Positions 63,608 to 64,000 of a stretch of DNA of 64,000 bases are shown piece after piece. Source of the stretch: Raillietiella orientalis (Eukaryota); contig JAYWIR010000030.1 of the NCBI GenBank assembly GCA_036172245.1, positions 558,001 through 622,000 of the forward strand, in the 5' to 3' direction. How positions within the stretch are numbered: position 1 is the stretch's first letter; every line of letters starts with the position of its first letter. Both the position numbers and the translations under genes were made by a program. Below the pieces are notes generated by a model, which was not told the DNA's origin, did no database searches, and saw only the letters and a list, made by a program, of their open reading frames with translations.

Positions 63608-64000
63608 ATTCTCAGGCTGGGAAGCAACTTCGTAGGGACCACCCTATGAATCCAGGAAGATTCGGTGAAGGAGTCTGTTCCTCTTACTCTTAATAGGGAA
63701 CCCCAAAGGGGAACTCTTCCCTATTTCCTCCTGGGATCTTTGGTATCTTCGGAGGAAGTCACTCCTTATTTCTTCTCCGTGGTGAAACCGCAAGGGATCC
63801 GCTTCTCGTTTCCTCCTCTGAAGAGAATCCCGAAGGGACGCTTCTAAATTTCTCTGAAGGACTCTCCACGAAGAGAGCAAAGCACTTCTTGACACTCTAG
63901 AGAGTATCAATCCACCAGCTTCATGGTACGAGACAGAGTATCATGGAGTTGGTAGACATATTACGGCTCCATTCACACAACCGGAGGGGAACCCTGAATG
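63608..64000 (-). mobile_element. tRNA-headed, UNCG-hairpin-rich SINE-like element, copy 4 (5' part beyond the window end)
   Basis: GACCACCCTATGAATCCAGGAA is the reverse complement of the family 3' motif. The hairpin ACCAGCTTCATGGTAC...GTATCATGGAGTTGGT (63914-63953) is homologous to ~1270-1307 in copy 1. Confidence 0.65.

Overview
Eukaryotic, animal and very probably arthropod genomic DNA; the species cannot be determined from the sequence. The window is a compositional mosaic. An AT-rich central block (~16-34 kb) carries two intact housekeeping genes on the + strand: COP9 signalosome subunit 2 (7 coding exons, 443 aa) and threonyl-tRNA synthetase (6 coding exons, ~688 aa). Ten of their eleven coding-region introns are only 37-49 nt and none is a multiple of 3. 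The GC/CpG-rich flanks (~1-13 kb and ~34.5-64 kb) are mostly heavily decayed L1/Tx1-type LINE fragments, so most long ORFs in the track there are spurious. Hidden in the flanks are a DUF4789-type cysteine-rich protein, a two-exon secreted cystatin-fold gene lacking the canonical inhibitory motifs, and an orphan, divergent SK-channel exon sitting between LINE pieces. The most unusual non-coding signal is a four-copy, tRNA-headed, 0.5-0.9 kb element packed with strand-specific c(UNCG)g tetraloop hairpins. The ThrRS gene also has an upstream exon that looks like a mitochondrial presequence but has no in-frame AUG. All family assignments are from recalled motifs, not database searches.
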